Shown in pieces: positions 48,506-61,710 of a DNA stretch of 64,000 nucleotides (the stretch's first letter is position 1; each line of letters begins with the position of its first letter). A program made the position numbers and the translations under genes. Source of the stretch: Eledone cirrhosa (Eukaryota). The stretch lies in assembly GCA_964016885.1 (NCBI GenBank), contig OZ024741.1, forward strand, positions 343,666,001 through 343,730,000. Reading direction: 5' to 3'. The notes beneath the pieces are model-generated. The model saw nothing but the letters and a program-made list of their open reading frames with translations, was not told the DNA's origin and searched no databases.

Positions 48506-51103
48506 ATAATAATAAATGTGAAGACTAAAACCCAAAGAGGACTCGATAAGGATAAATATATATCAAATATATAAGAATCGTAGAGCAAATATTTATTAAA
48601 ATAACAGATTAATGTTTAAGCAAAGAATCGCTGCTTTCACGCTTAACGGATATTCTGAAACTAACAAAGTCAATCTGTGAATGCAGAAGTAAATATTTCA
48701 AAAAAAGGTTGCAACTGGAGGAAGACAGGTTCGTGGAAACGTTCCCTGGCAAAGAACAGGAAAAAAGCGATAATACGTCATTATTTGGAACGGTGAAAAA
48801 CAATTACACGCAAAGACAAAACCTCGTTTATGGTATAAAAGAAGTCGTAGACTAATATTCTTTTAGGTGGTTCATAGTGACGTTTTCCGGTAATGAACGG
48901 AAAAAACGAGAATAATACGTCATATGTGGAGCGGCGAGAACAATTGCACGCTTTTCTTTTGTGTACGTGCGTATATTTGTATACCTATGGCGAGTGTTTT
49001 CGCGTATGATTGTGTATGTCTGTATATGGATGCGTGTATGTATATATTTTGAGTTCAATTACCTCTATATTTTATTTACTTTATTCTTAACTCTGAAGCC
49101 GAGAATCATTCGGTTTCCTAGTTAGAATTTTAGTCTACGACTTCAGTTATACCATTTACGTGGTTTTATCTTTGCGTGCAATTCTTCTCCCCGCTCCACA
49201 TATGACGTATTATCTTCGTTTTTTCCGTTCATTGCCAGAGAACGTCTCTATGAACCACCTAATAGAAGATGAAAGAATGGTATTTAACTAATGTATTGGT
49301 ACGCGATGGGGCCCACCCACAGGCCCGGCGGACAGAATGGAGAAGGCGTTTCCCCGGAGGACGGCAAGGGAGACGCGCTGGAAAAGCCACTCCAACTCGC
49401 GGGGCTCACACCTGCGGCTGGCCAGCTCAGCGCCTATGGTGGTGAGTAAGGAGGTAGCCCTGGGGACGTGGACACCAGAAGTTTCCACTGCCAGGGGAAC
49501 GACCGCAAACCTGTCGGAGAGCGACCGGTATTTGAGGAGTTTGGCCCCGTCAGCCCGACGTGCAGCAGAACCTAGGTCAGTTGCAGACTGTACCAGGTTG
49601 CGGCTCCAGAAAGTGTCGGTGCAAGTGGCATCCCAGACGAGGGGTTTGCCACCGCGGAACGAGAAGATGGTCATGCCATCTGGCCTTTTGCCGTCCCCTC
49701 GATCCAGCTCCACCGGCTCGAGCTGGGAAGAGAAGCCTGCAGCGTCCAAGTCATGCTTAATGACCTCGTTGAGGGCAGTATGGCGTGGAATGCGGCCGGC
49801 ACTGTGGCGACAGGAAAGCGGGTGGAGGCCGAAAGAGTCCACGGTGGAACCCCAGCGACATTGGTGTGGCTGGCAGATCCGGAGGTCGAGCCTCAGGGAA
49901 ACGCCGATTCGCAGGCTATGCTTGTCTAGCTGAGTGCCAGTGGAGAAGGAGGGTCGAGCATGGAGCCAGGCAACACTGGGGTTTGGCCCGCACGAAAACA
50001 AGCAAGGCGGTGTAGGTCGAGCTGGTGCGTGAGCCTGTCAAATGCCATGCTGCACTGGATGGCATCCCAAGTGCGTTGGGGGGGACTTGACGTCAACAGG
50101 GGAAGAAGGAGGAGGGACGTCTACTGGGCTAAGTCCCAGCCAGTCCCACATCTTACAGGCGGCCTCACGTTCTCTGAACACAGAGGGTTCTGTTGTCTTT
50201 TGAAGAACCCTGCCTACGAGGACGCGGCACGAGGTTATCGACGAAAGATACGGTGGCAAAGCTAGTGAGATCGGGGACCGGAGGCCTAGGCCGCCATACC
50301 TGACCGGTAAAGTGGCCTGTTACCACCTATGTCGTCAAACTTGACGTTGCATATCCCCTCGGCTGCTGCTCGGATACAAGTATCGAGGTCAGCGAGGAGA
50401 GATGTCTGGGTGTAGCATGGAGCGCTGCGGAGTGTAGAGAGGAGCTTCGGCATGGAGTAGCAGTTCCTCAGCAGAAAGAGAGCTGGGTGGCCGTCAGTCA
50501 AGCCCAGTCGGCTAGTGAGAGTCTGGAGCTGTTGAAGCCTGGACCTGATGGTGGAGCGGATGGCCGGTGGGTAGATGGGTGACCCGAGGATGAGGAAATC
50601 CTCTTTGGGGGTCATCTGAACCTGGCGGAGAATGGACCGCACGTCCAAGACGGTGGCTGCAAAGCTCGCAGCATCGAGACTGACGTTCACCACCTCCAAC
50701 TTAGCCGAGTTGACCTGAAGGCCGATTCCCGCCAGAGCAGGAATCACCGATTGAAACTCTTGGCAGACCGTCCGTACGGGTCCGCCCAACGTAGCATCAT
50801 CCAGATACCAAACGTTGAGAGGGGCCGTGACGACTTCTTTTATACCATAAACGTGGTTTTGTCTTGGCGTGTAGTTGTTTTTCACATCTCCAAATAATGA
50901 CGTATTATATTCGTTTTTTTCCCGTTCTTTGCCAGGGAACGTTTCCACGAACAAAAGTATCGTCTTTCTGTCTTACTCCAGTTGCAACGTTTTTCGAAAT
51001 ATTCACTTCTGCGTTCACAGATTGACTTTGTTAGTCTCAGAAGATCCCGTTAAGGGTGAAAGCAGCGATTCTTTGCTTAAACTTTAATCTGTTATTTTAA
51101 TAA
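48502..51103 (-). mobile_element. Family-F fold-back element interrupted by a CRE element
   Basis: Tail 48502-48590, left arm 48591-48940, right arm 48950-49275 + 50829-51103. All parts match the PLE 3' region at 57243-57915. Confidence 0.85.
49285..50828 (-). mobile_element. 5'-truncated CRE-clade non-LTR retrotransposon (RT + restriction-like endonuclease)
   Basis: WYLDDATLGG; HPLSC..RIPRH; RPDG; VWDATC; KY; PLAVET; FQRVSLAVLRGNA. Forms a GC-rich island. Confidence 0.85.
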
Positions 51104-51195
51104 ATATATATATACATCACCCTCCCAAAGCATTGCAATATCGGTTTCAACACACGTTTTCAGATAAAGAATCTTGCTAAACAAATTCAGAAACG

Positions 51196-51280
<85 letters not shown>

Positions 51281-53333
51281 TATATAACCAAAGTTTAATA
51301 TGGTTGGTTGATTACTCAATGAATACAATTTTACAATAGATTAAATGCACTCAACAGAAAAGGCTTTCCTGGTGTTTTTAATATTATTCAAAATATTAAC
51401 AAATGAAAGATATTCACATAATCAAAATATATGCTTTATTATATATATTTCAAAGGTACTGTGTAGTTTTTTCAGTACGTCTTCATCAGATAAAATATAT
51501 GATTTGCTATATGACATACCGCTACGGTCTTGATTATACAATTCCAGTATTGGCAGTGATTAATTTCATCAAATTTCAATGTTTATACCACAAATATGAT
51601 AAACGTAAAGAAGAAAAGGACGTAGAGCAAATTAGAGATATGAGAGAGGGTGTATATAAGAAGGAAGGGAAGAAAAAAAAATACATACATAAATACATAC
51701 ATAAATAGATAAATGAATAGAAAATAAAAGGATGAATGAGTAAAAGAAATATATAAAAAAATATATAAAAAAGAAGAGACGAATAACGACAAAAGAAGGA
51801 AGGTATGAGGAAAGTAAAGGAACAGAGGGGGGTAAAGAAAATAAAGAGAAATAAAGGAACATCAAATAGAGGGGGATAGAGAAAAACCAGTTGTTTTCAA
51901 ATTCTCGATCTAATAGGACATCCAATCAATTCATATAATCAATTGAATATCTTTTGTAATTGATTATGTATTAGGTAATTATACTTATATATTATATCAA
52001 AATTAATCAGTATAGATTATTTTCTACAGCAATCACATATATAGTTTAATTAAAAAATTATATAATTTAATTTAACTCATTATAGATTATTATTTTTAAT
52101 TTTAAGGTAAGATATTCTATAAATATTTTGTTACAACTTTAAAAGAATTAATCTTTAAAGCGTATTTAAATAATTATTATATACGTATTACAATCTAATA
52201 CCATACATAAATCACCATCAATACATATAATATATTTAGATCATATATTACTCAAATTATTTAATTATGATGTTCTCTTTATAAAATCTTCACTATTCTT
52301 TAATTTTCATTTAATTTCTAGGATTAAACTGCAGTTATATTTACTCTCAAAAGTTCAAATTCCTTTAATTTAATGAAAGGTTATATTTACTTCTGTATTT
52401 ACTTATTTTGGTATATAGATTCACTTTAATAATAGTCTGTATATTATTAGTCAACATATTTCAAAACTAATATAATTTAGCAAGCTAGTGAAAAATAAAA
52501 TAAATTTTTACGGACAATGTAAACAAAAGGAAGATAACTCACTCACCATATACAAACATTTATAACATATCTCTACTCTCACATTCCGCGATATTTCGAA
52601 AACCATAAATCCTCTATTGCAAATATCATAAAAGATGTCTAGTTAAATATTGAACTGTCCTAATCAAAACATAGGATAACGAGACTCTTAATAAAATAAT
52701 TCTAATACATATAAATATCAATAAATTATTATCACAATAAGGCAAAAACATATATATATTAAATTATTTAATTCTCAATATTTTTTTGAAACTTGTACAA
52801 TGCCTGGAAAGTTTTAACAATTTTATGGTGACAACTACTGAATAATTCGTTTTTTTAATTTTTTTTTATTAAATTGTCATAATTTGCAATTATCTGTAGA
52901 GTCTCGAAGTTACAAAGATTGCAATTTTGCGAAATAGTTGCGTTCTGATAGGAATTGGCATCCTTTAATTTGGTCCAAGAGATGTAGTATTTAATATTAT
53001 TGTCCTTTAAAGACCATATCAATTGCGAAAGTGAAGTAGAACATTTCTTATCTGGTTTACCAAAAGAATGTCTATGATTATACCAACGTTCCTTAAATTT
53101 GGATTAAGTGACACCAATATAGTTATATATATTATTATTTGTCTTAATGGTACATTTATATACTAGATTCTTGTCAAGGCAATTATTTTGTAACAGACAT
53201 TCGGACTTCTTTCTACAATTACATTTCTTCTCAATGTTATTTCCAGACTTTAAACTATTCATATTATTATTTACAAGTGTTCTACTATTATTCGTATTTA
53301 AACTATTATTTTTTATTCCTGTTAACTTATGTA

Positions 53334-53392
<59 letters not shown>

Positions 53393-53399
53393 GTTGTTA

Positions 53400-53907
53400 T
53401 TACTCTTTGAGTCTCAGTCATTGATGTTAGTTAACTGGAAAGTTTGTTGACATGGATATCAATCCACTACCTGCAGCCTCAGATATTCAGGACGTATCGG
53501 AGGGTTCTTGCTGTTCCCAGCAAGCATGCCTTTTGAAGCGTTCCAAAAAGCGTGAAGAGGCCAATTTTCTTTAACCATCCCTGGAAACTTTTTGAGATAG
53601 TCCCTAGTGCGCCTATAACAATCGGGATCACTTTGACTTCATGGCAGTTCTAAATCCTTTTTACCTCACACTTTAAGTCCTGGTATCGGTTAATTTTTCC
53701 CTCTCCTTCTCTTGCACTCTCGTGTCGAATGGGCAGGCCACATCCACAATCAGGCACGATCTTTTTTCTTTGTCGACAACCACCAGGTCAGGTCTATTGT
53801 GTTCCAGTTTCTTGTCCGTCTGTATCCTAAAATCCCACAGCACCTTCACCTGATCGTTTTCTATCACCGCCTCTGGCTTATGCTCATACTACTTCTCAGA
53901 ATGTGGT
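53400..53907 (-). mobile_element. R4/Dong 3' fragment (restriction-like endonuclease) in (TAA)n
   Basis: LWDFRIQTD...NRPDLVVVD...IVDVACPFD...EREK. The 3' end runs into (TAA)n at 53336-53392. Confidence 0.85.
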
Positions 53908-54213
53908 AATTATTATTATAACCACTCATTAAATTAAAGGAATTTAAGCTTTTGAGAGTAAATATAACTGCAGTTTAATCCTAGAAATTAAATGAAAATT
54001 AAAGGATAGGGAAGATTTTATAAAGAGAACATCATAATTAAATAATTTGAGTAATATATGATCTAAATATATTATATGTATTGATGGTGATTTATGTATG
54101 GTATTAGATTGTAATACGTATACAATAATTATTTAAATACGCTTTAAAGATTAATTCTTTTAAAGTTGTAACAAAATATTTATAGAATATCTTACCTTAA
54201 AATTAAAAATAAT

Positions 54214-54395
54214 TGTTTCTACTTTAGGCACAAGGCCAGCAATTACCCAGTGCATTACTGGTACTTTATTTTATCGACCCCGTAAGGATGAAAGGCAAAG
54301 TCAACCTCGGCGGGATTTGAACTCAGATCGTAAAGGGACGTAACTATGCTGGAAAGCATGGCGTCAAACCCTTACCGATACTGCCAATCCACCGC
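54214..54395 (-). mobile_element. Full-length tRNA-derived SINE with 19-bp target-site duplication
   Basis: A-box TGGCAGTATCGG, B-box GAGTTCAAATCCC. TSD ccttaaaattaaaaataat at 54195-54213 and 54396-54414. Confidence 0.92.
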
Positions 54396-55001
54396 CCTTA
54401 AAATTAAAAATAATAATCTATAATGAGTTAAATTAAATTATATACATTTTTAATTAAACTATATATGTGATTGCTATAGAAAATAATCTATACTGATTAA
54501 TTTTGATATAAGATATAAGCATAATTAGCTAATGCATAATCAAATACAAAAGATATTCAATTGATTATGTGAATTGATTGGATGTCCTATTAGATCGAGC
54601 ATTTGAAAACCACGGTTTTTTCTCTATCCCCCTCTATTTGATGTTCCTTTATTTCTCTTTATTTTCTTTACCCCCCCCCCCTCCTGTTCCTTTACTTTCC
54701 TCACACCTTCCCTCTTTTGTCGTTATTCGTCTTTTCTTTTTTATATATTTTTTTATATATTTCTTTTACTCATTCATCCTTTTATTTTTTATTCATTTAT
54801 CTATTTATGTATGTATTTATTTATTCTTTCTTGCCTTCCCTCTTATTTACACCCTCTCTCATATCTGTAATTTGTTCTACGTCCTTTTCTTCAAGTTTAT
54901 CATATTATTTGTGGTATATAAACATTGAGATTTGATGAAATTAATCACTGCCAATACTGGAATTGTATAATCAAGACCGTAGCATATATCAAATCATATA
55001 T

Positions 55002-55061
55002 TTTATCTGATGAAGACGTACTTAAAAAACAACACAGTACCTTTGAAATATATATAATAAA
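55002..55061 (+). ncRNA. Type-I hammerhead motif (mirror at about 51435-51495 on - strand)
   Basis: tttat CTGATGA [stem II] GAAA tatata TA ataaa. Confidence 0.7.
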
Positions 55062-55107
55062 GCATACATTTTGATTATGTGAACATCTTTCATTTGTTAA
55101 TATTTTG

Positions 55108-55147
<40 letters not shown>

Positions 55148-55189
55148 GGAACACAAACACGTCTCTAATTCAAGAATGCCGACAAATTC

Positions 55190-55450
55190 AAGCGTGCGCA
55201 CATCCACACACTGTACTATTACTACTTAAGAGCTTTGTCCCGGGCAAACATCCCCTCAATTTTGGAACCATGTTGATTGTCCAGAATTGATAGGAAGACC
55301 TGGCGGTCTTTCTCTGTGTTTCTGGTCAAAACGAAGGTGTCTTATCTGGGACGTCACAGTTAGCGACTCTTTTATTCTTCCGACATCCTCGATGCAACGG
55401 TTATGGCGCGAGCTACAGCATCCGCAGCTGAACGGAACAAAATCCTAAAA
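55190..55450 (+). mobile_element. Possible very old Tx1 3' fragment
   Basis: Weak similarity to the Tx1 ORF2 end (TVL, AVFLC, MAR...LNG). Confidence 0.3.
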
Positions 55451-55867
55451 TACCGTGTTCTGTCGGCTAACTACATTTTCCAGCTTGTATTGTTCGAGAC
55501 GTTCGGGGGAGTCGGGCTATTGATTTCGAGATGTTTATCTTCACTGGCGGCTTGCTTAAGTTTATGAGGGCACTTGGTTGTTCCAGCACCTCAGCCTCGC
55601 CATCACCCGAGGTAACGCTGCGAGCGTGCTGGCTGGCCTACAAAAATATTAGAAACGTTTCCCAGTGCTCCTCGAGATACTATTGTCTTTTACTCTGGTA
55701 GCTGCTCATTTGTCTTTCCCTTTTGTATATCTTTTGTTGTATGCTTAGATGTGTTTTTCTTTTTCTTTCCCTCTTTCTTTTTTGTTCCTTTCCTTTTCCT
55801 TTGTATATATTATATTTGTTGTTGCTTTTCGTCCTGTGAGCATTATATCATATTTTTTTATCCTGCC

Positions 55868-56550
55868 GTGGTTAACTTTACGTTTTATCCTTACGGGGTA
55901 GATAAAATAAAGCACCAGTAATGAACTTTAGTAATTGCTGGCCTTGTGCCAAAAGTGGAAACAATTATATATTTTATATAAATTTGAATAAACCCTTAAC
56001 AAATAAGTGTGTGTGTGTATGCTTGTGTACAAATAAATAAATAATTATATAAACGTATAGAAGTAAATAAATACGTATATAACAAGCGCACACACATACC
56101 TACAAATAAATACACGAATGTTCGGAGACGTAAGTCAACTAAAACAAGAAGTACACATATACACACACCCACCATACGTACGAACCTGCACACTCACGCG
56201 TATGTGTGTGTGGATGTGCATATACATTCATTTATATGTATGAGTATATAACTAAAATCGTGCAAACAGACAAACACAGGAGTCGATAAAATAAAGTACC
56301 AGTAATGTACTGAGTAATAGCTGGCCTTGTGCCTAAAGTAGAGACAATTATTTATTAAAATGTCGGTAGATTGGCAGTATCGGTAGAGGGTCGGACGCCA
56401 TGCTTTGACGCATAGAGTTACGAACTTGCCATTCTGAGTTCAAATCCCGCCGAGGTTAAACTTTGCCTTTCATCCTTACGGGGTCGATAAAATAAAGTAC
56501 CAGTAATGCGCTAGGTATTTGCTGGCCTTGTGCCAAAAAGTAGAAACAAT
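55868..56550 (+). mobile_element. SINE copies (55868-55965, 56279-56330, 56340-56550) around a PLE 3'-region fragment (56005-56200)
   Basis: SINE core as at 54214. 56005-56200 duplicates 57920-58112. Confidence 0.8.
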
Positions 56551-56639
56551 TATTTATTAAAAGTAATCCAAATTATTTTACTATTTTTATATAGATAGAC
56601 AATGTTCCAAGAAAACTAAACCACCTTCATATATATATA

Positions 56640-56849
56640 TAGAAGTGGGTACACAATAGTTAGTTCACCACACCGAGAACAATTGTTTCACCTAAGCTGA
56701 TCCTCAGCTCGGATTCCGAGCTGAGGATCCGCTAAGGCGAAACAATTGTTCTCGGTATGGTCAACTAACTGTTGTGTACCCATTTCTACCTGACTCGTCC
56801 CATGGACTGAATACTCTACCACTACGGATATTACCTTCCAGTATTCCAC

Positions 56850-56851
<2 letters not shown>
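56640..56851 (+). mobile_element. Short fold-back element with tail in (TA)n
   Basis: Palindrome 56640-56788 centred at 56714; tail 56789-56851. Confidence 0.85.
56716..56755 (+). ncRNA. Minimal hammerhead ribozyme
   Basis: ccgag CTGAGGA tccgctaaggc GAAA caattg TT ctcgg: 5-bp stem I and palindromic loop III. Confidence 0.85.
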
Positions 56852-56920
<69 letters not shown>

Positions 56921-57049
56921 TAGATATATATATACTATATATATGGAGATATAAAAGATACAGAAGCGAAAACCAATCCAAACTAAACAGTGAGTGTGTT
57001 TTATTATTATTTCTGGCAATATTATAACAATATGACCCTCCCCAAATAT

Positions 57050-57217
<168 letters not shown>

Positions 57218-57242
57218 TAGATACATATATATATATATATAT

Positions 57243-59965
57243 AGTAATAATAATAAAATTGAAGACTATAATCCAAAGAGGGCTTGATAAAGAAAATATA
57301 TATCAAATATATAAGAACCGTAGAGCAAATATTTATTAAAATAACAGATTAAAGTTTAAGCAAAGAATCGCTGCTTTCACCCTTAACGGGATCTTCTGAA
57401 ACTAACAAAGTCAATCTGTAAACGCAGAACTGGATATTTCAAAACCCGTTGCAACCGGAGGAAGACAGGAAGACGATACTTTGGTTCGTGGTAACGTTCG
57501 CTGGCAAAGAACGGGAAAAAACGAATAATACGTCATTAATAGGAGCGGTGTAAAACAATTACGCGCAAAGACAAAACCACGTTTATGGTATAAAAGAGGT
57601 CGTAGACTAATGTTCTCTTAGGTGGTGCATAGAGACGTTCTCTGGCAATGAACGAAAAAACGAAGATAATAAGTCATATGTGGAGCGTGGAGAACAATAG
57701 CACGCAAAGACAAAACCACGTAAATGGTATAGCAGAAATCGTAGACTAAAATTCTAACTAGGAGACCAAATGAATCTCCGCTACAGAGTTAAGAACAAAG
57801 TAAATAAATACAATACAGAGATAATAGAAACAAATAAATACATACACGCAAACAGATACGTACATACACAAGCATACGCAAAACCTTACCATGGGTATAC
57901 AAAACCACGCACATATAAATATGTGTGTGTGTATGCTTGTGTACAAATAAATAAATAATTATATAAACGTATATAAGTAAATAAATACGTATATAACAAG
58001 CGCACACGCATACCTACATATAAATACACGAATGTTCGGAGACGTAAGTCAACTAAAACAAGAAGTACACATATACACACACCCACCATACGTACGAACC
58101 TGCACACTCACGCGGACGCAAAACTCCCGAATACACATAGCCAAACCCTAAATACCAGAATATGTAAAAATTATACGCTATAACAGTCAAATATACGTAC
58201 GAGAAGGTATACATACCTTCACAAAACATACGGGTAATATATACTTACCTATGCAAATAAGTAAAGGAATAAACAAAACATATACTTAGCTCCCACATCA
58301 AGACGTAAAATATCCACGTATAGTTCGTGCTATCCGTTAGGTTATAACGTGGGGCTGTAATACAGGAAAGTTTTGTGCAATTTATGTTTACAAGCCGAAA
58401 TTGCCTCAGATTTTTTGTTTAAGATGTGGTCTGTAGCGTAGAGTATTTCCAGGGCCTCAGCGGCGCAGAGGTCACATGGTCTTTTATTTCCGTTATACGA
58501 TCTATCCCTAGCTAGGATCTCCCAGTGTAACTTATATTGGGTGTGGTTGTCTTTTAGACTCCAGATATAAGCTGAAAGTGACGTCATATTCCTTCTTAGA
58601 GGGTAACGAAAAGAATGGGTATGCATGTAAAGACGCTGCTTGAAACTATTGGCGGTTAACCCTATGTAGGCCCTACGGGACGTGGGTGTTACAACCTTAC
58701 ATTTGTAGACAATGTTATTAGAGAGGCATTTCCCGGATAGGGGGCAAACAGCCCGATTCCTAAAATTACAGTTAGTACTAATTACGGGGTTGCACGTGTT
58801 CCTACGGCTAGGTAGTTCAGCTAAATTTGAAGCTGTGATGTTATGTGCAAGGTTAGGAGTCGTAGAGTAAAGAATTTTAATAGTATTTCTATTAAAAATG
58901 TTACTATATTTATGTGTAGGAGGAAAATGCTTCGTAATAATGGAAAGAAAGATCTTAGCTAATGGTGTGGCCACCTCCATATTATATGGTGGGTTAAACC
59001 AACAAATGCGACGGGATCTATTTCTTCTAGGTCTATTTTCGTACTCTGTATATGCTACCTTATCGACAAATCCACTTTGAGCCAGAGCTTCATTGTAATA
59101 AGTGGAATGGTCGTTGAAAATGCGCTCGTTGGTGGAAAGACGGGAAAGCCTCAACGAAACGTTTCTTACCAGGTTCTTGGTTATGCTGGCAGGATGGTTG
59201 GAATGCTTACTTATGTAATTAAGCGTATCATTCGGCTTTCTATACGGGTAATACAACCCATTCAATAAATTGAGGGTAACGTCGAGGTAATTAACGACCG
59301 AGAGATTGACCTCAACCTGTATAGAGAGGTTGAAGCCTTTAAAGAAGGCTGTGAGTTCTTTTCTGAACCTGTCGCAAGCACGAGGTCCGCACTTTGTCAT
59401 GGTCAAAAGACCATCGTCACGGTACAAACCACCGACCGCGTTGGGGAATTCGTCCTTGATAGAGAAAAGAAGGAAAAGGCCAATAAGATCAGTAACCTCC
59501 GCAGAGTCATTGGCGCCCATACTCTCGTCGAATGGGGTACTATTGGATTTTTTAATCCAAATAAAGTCGTCGAAATTAATCACCGACTTTCGGGCATTAA
59601 GGATGACATCAACTTCAAAATCCTTAACCACTGTGAGTGTTTTAGCGAAATTGATAGCTCTAAGGAGAAGTGGTAAAGTGATGGAGGAGTAGTAATTGTT
59701 GATATCGAATTGGATAAAACGGCAATGTTCCTTGTTACATATGCCGTTGAACCAATCAATCACCGCGAAAGAATTGTTCCACAGTGCGAGAGGGGCCAAA
59801 CTTCTAATTTCAGGTATAATTCTATCAAGAATCGTTTTACTAAGTCTACCTAAATCGGACGTCGTAGGGTTAATAAGCCGAATAGAGGGGTTGTTCGGAA
59901 AATTGGATTTGTGATCCTTCAGGGTAAATTTTTTACTCTACGACTCCTAACCTTGCACATAACAA
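57243..59965 (-). mobile_element. 5'-truncated Penelope-like element, coding partner of family F
   Basis: RT-GIY-YIG ORF, a ~1.1 kb 3' region and a tail ending in (TA)n. The 5' junction carries an inverted copy (59927-59963) of 58839-58875. Confidence 0.9.
58342..59927 (-). CDS. PLE reverse transcriptase + GIY-YIG endonuclease (Naiad-like), N-terminally truncated
   Basis: The frame is open upstream of 59799 (FTLKDHKSNF..RLINP..SDLGRLSK). Motifs: FDINNYYSSI, MGANDSAE, YRDDGL, NYLDV, SNHP, WFNPP, IVY..AYIGLT, CDLC...CKH. Confidence 0.92.
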
Positions 59966-60272
59966 ATAGTAGAAAGGAAAAAGATATTTTCTGTAGAAAA
60001 TATTGACCTTGTTTTTTGCCACAAAGAAGCTTTAGAGTTATTGAAATATTAATTCCATCCCTAGCAGTAATTTTAGATTAAGGGCGATGGAGAAAATGTT
60101 GCTACAAAGAGGGGTTCGGAGTGAAAATTTATTTAATGTGGAAACTGGTATTGTAAATAAATTAATGTTTTGAAATTTCACCAAAAATATCTCTTCAACA
60201 TTGTCTACAGAGAACATCTTTTTCCTTTCTACTATTTGCTTTTCATACATATGAACTCGTGTGTTACCTTTC

Positions 60273-60276
<4 letters not shown>
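59964..60276 (+). mobile_element. Diverged fold-back element with family-A-like tail
   Basis: Inverted repeat 59964-60006 / 60195-60238, tail actcgtgtgttacct, decayed GTGAAAA..GAAA ctgg TA. Confidence 0.65.
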
Positions 60277-60327
<51 letters not shown>

Positions 60328-60378
60328 CAGGTAGAACAATGGAAGGTAATTTCCGTAGTGGTAGAGCACTCAGTCCAT

Positions 60379-60425
<47 letters not shown>

Positions 60426-60489
60426 AGACGATCGACTTTTGTCAAATCGGACCGAGGGAACAATGTTTCCAATTGCTAATACTATCTAT

Positions 60490-60627
60490 CGGTCACAACT
60501 CCAGGTAGAAGGAGCAACGTGAAATAAAGTGTCTTGCTCAAGGACATAACGCATCGCCTGGTCCAGGAATCGAACTCACAACCTTACGATTGCGAATCCA
60601 ATTCTCTAACCACTCAGCTACACGCCA
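60490..60627 (-). mobile_element. tRNA-derived SINE of a second family
   Basis: Head ggcgtgtagctgagtggttag...gagttcgattcc followed by tgtccttgagcaagacactt (CORE/V-domain-like). Confidence 0.75.
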
Positions 60628-60629
60628 TA

Positions 60630-61494
60630 TATATAAGTATGTATACGTACATACATATATGTATACAGACGTACAGTAGTGTGTATATACATACATAAAT
60701 GCACACATATATATATATGTACGTATGGGTTTACCGAACATTTATTAAAATGCTCGGTTTGTTTGTAAATAAACAGCCCGAATTATTAGCCGTGCAGTGT
60801 TCGGCAACCATTGTTATCCTTTTGTTCAACACTGACAAAGGAACAATGAACTAGTTTTTAGCGTATTAGCTTATTAGCTGTCATCATCACCGTCAGTCGA
60901 TTGAACGTTTGAAAGTATATACTTTCCTTATGCGTATTAACGGTTTATCGTTCCTTTGTCAGTGTTGAACAAAAGGGCAACGATGGTTGCCGAACACTGT
61001 ACGGTTAATAATTCGGGCTGTTTGTTTAAAACAAACCGAGCATTGTAATAAATGTTCGGTGAATCCATACGTATATATATATAAGTGTGCATGTATGTAT
61101 GTATATACATACTACTGTACGTCTGTATTCATATATGTATGTACGCATACATACTTATATTTAAGTATCAGCCGTACTAAGAGTGAGAAATGAAATTTCA
61201 TTTTTTCCATTTATCGTTTTCGGTACGCCCGGCCGACTAACTCACTCAATATGCAAATTAGGCTGCTCAGCCGTTAATATGCATAAGGAAAGTATATACT
61301 TTCAAACGTTCAATCGACTGACAGGAAGGTATACGGTGCTGATGACAGCTAATAAGCTAGAAACTAGTTCATGGTTCCTTTGTCAGTGTTGAACAAAAGG
61401 GCAACGATGGTTGCCGAACACTGCACGGCTAATAATTCGGGCTGTATGTTTTCAAACAAACCGAGTATTATCATAAATGTTCCGTAAACCATAC

Positions 61495-61587
<93 letters not shown>

Positions 61588-61710
61588 TGTATGTATGTAT
61601 ATACATTCTACTGTACATCTGTATACATATATGTATGTACGTATACATACTTATATTTGAGTATCAGCCGTACTAAGAGTGAGAAATGAATTTTCATTTT
61701 TTCCATTTAT
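60630..61710 (+). mobile_element. Combined inverted + partial-tandem hammerhead element
   Basis: 60630-60943 is the reverse complement of 61271-61657. 60951-61214 is directly repeated at 61374-61710. Hammerhead at 61334-61374. Confidence 0.85.
61334..61374 (+). ncRNA. Minimal hammerhead ribozyme
   Basis: cggtg CTGATGA c agct aata agct a GAAA ctag TT catgg. Stem I is imperfect. Confidence 0.75.

Larger units (their letters stand above)
51277..55110 (-). mobile_element. Large fold-back PLE: tail + 3' region + GIY-YIG remnant + inverted 3' copy
   Basis: Arms 51386-52376 / 53926-55110, tail 51277-51385. The minus strand at 52790-53335 encodes KCNCRKKSECLLQNNC..LVYKC...YIGVT and CNLC/CRH motifs. 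Hammerhead at 55002-55061. Confidence 0.9.

Noticed and set aside
58342-59927. Selenocysteine (in-frame UGA) recoding described for some Naiad elements
   Set aside because: There is no in-frame stop in this ORF or in 32579-33232; conserved Cys positions are ordinary codons (one is Phe).
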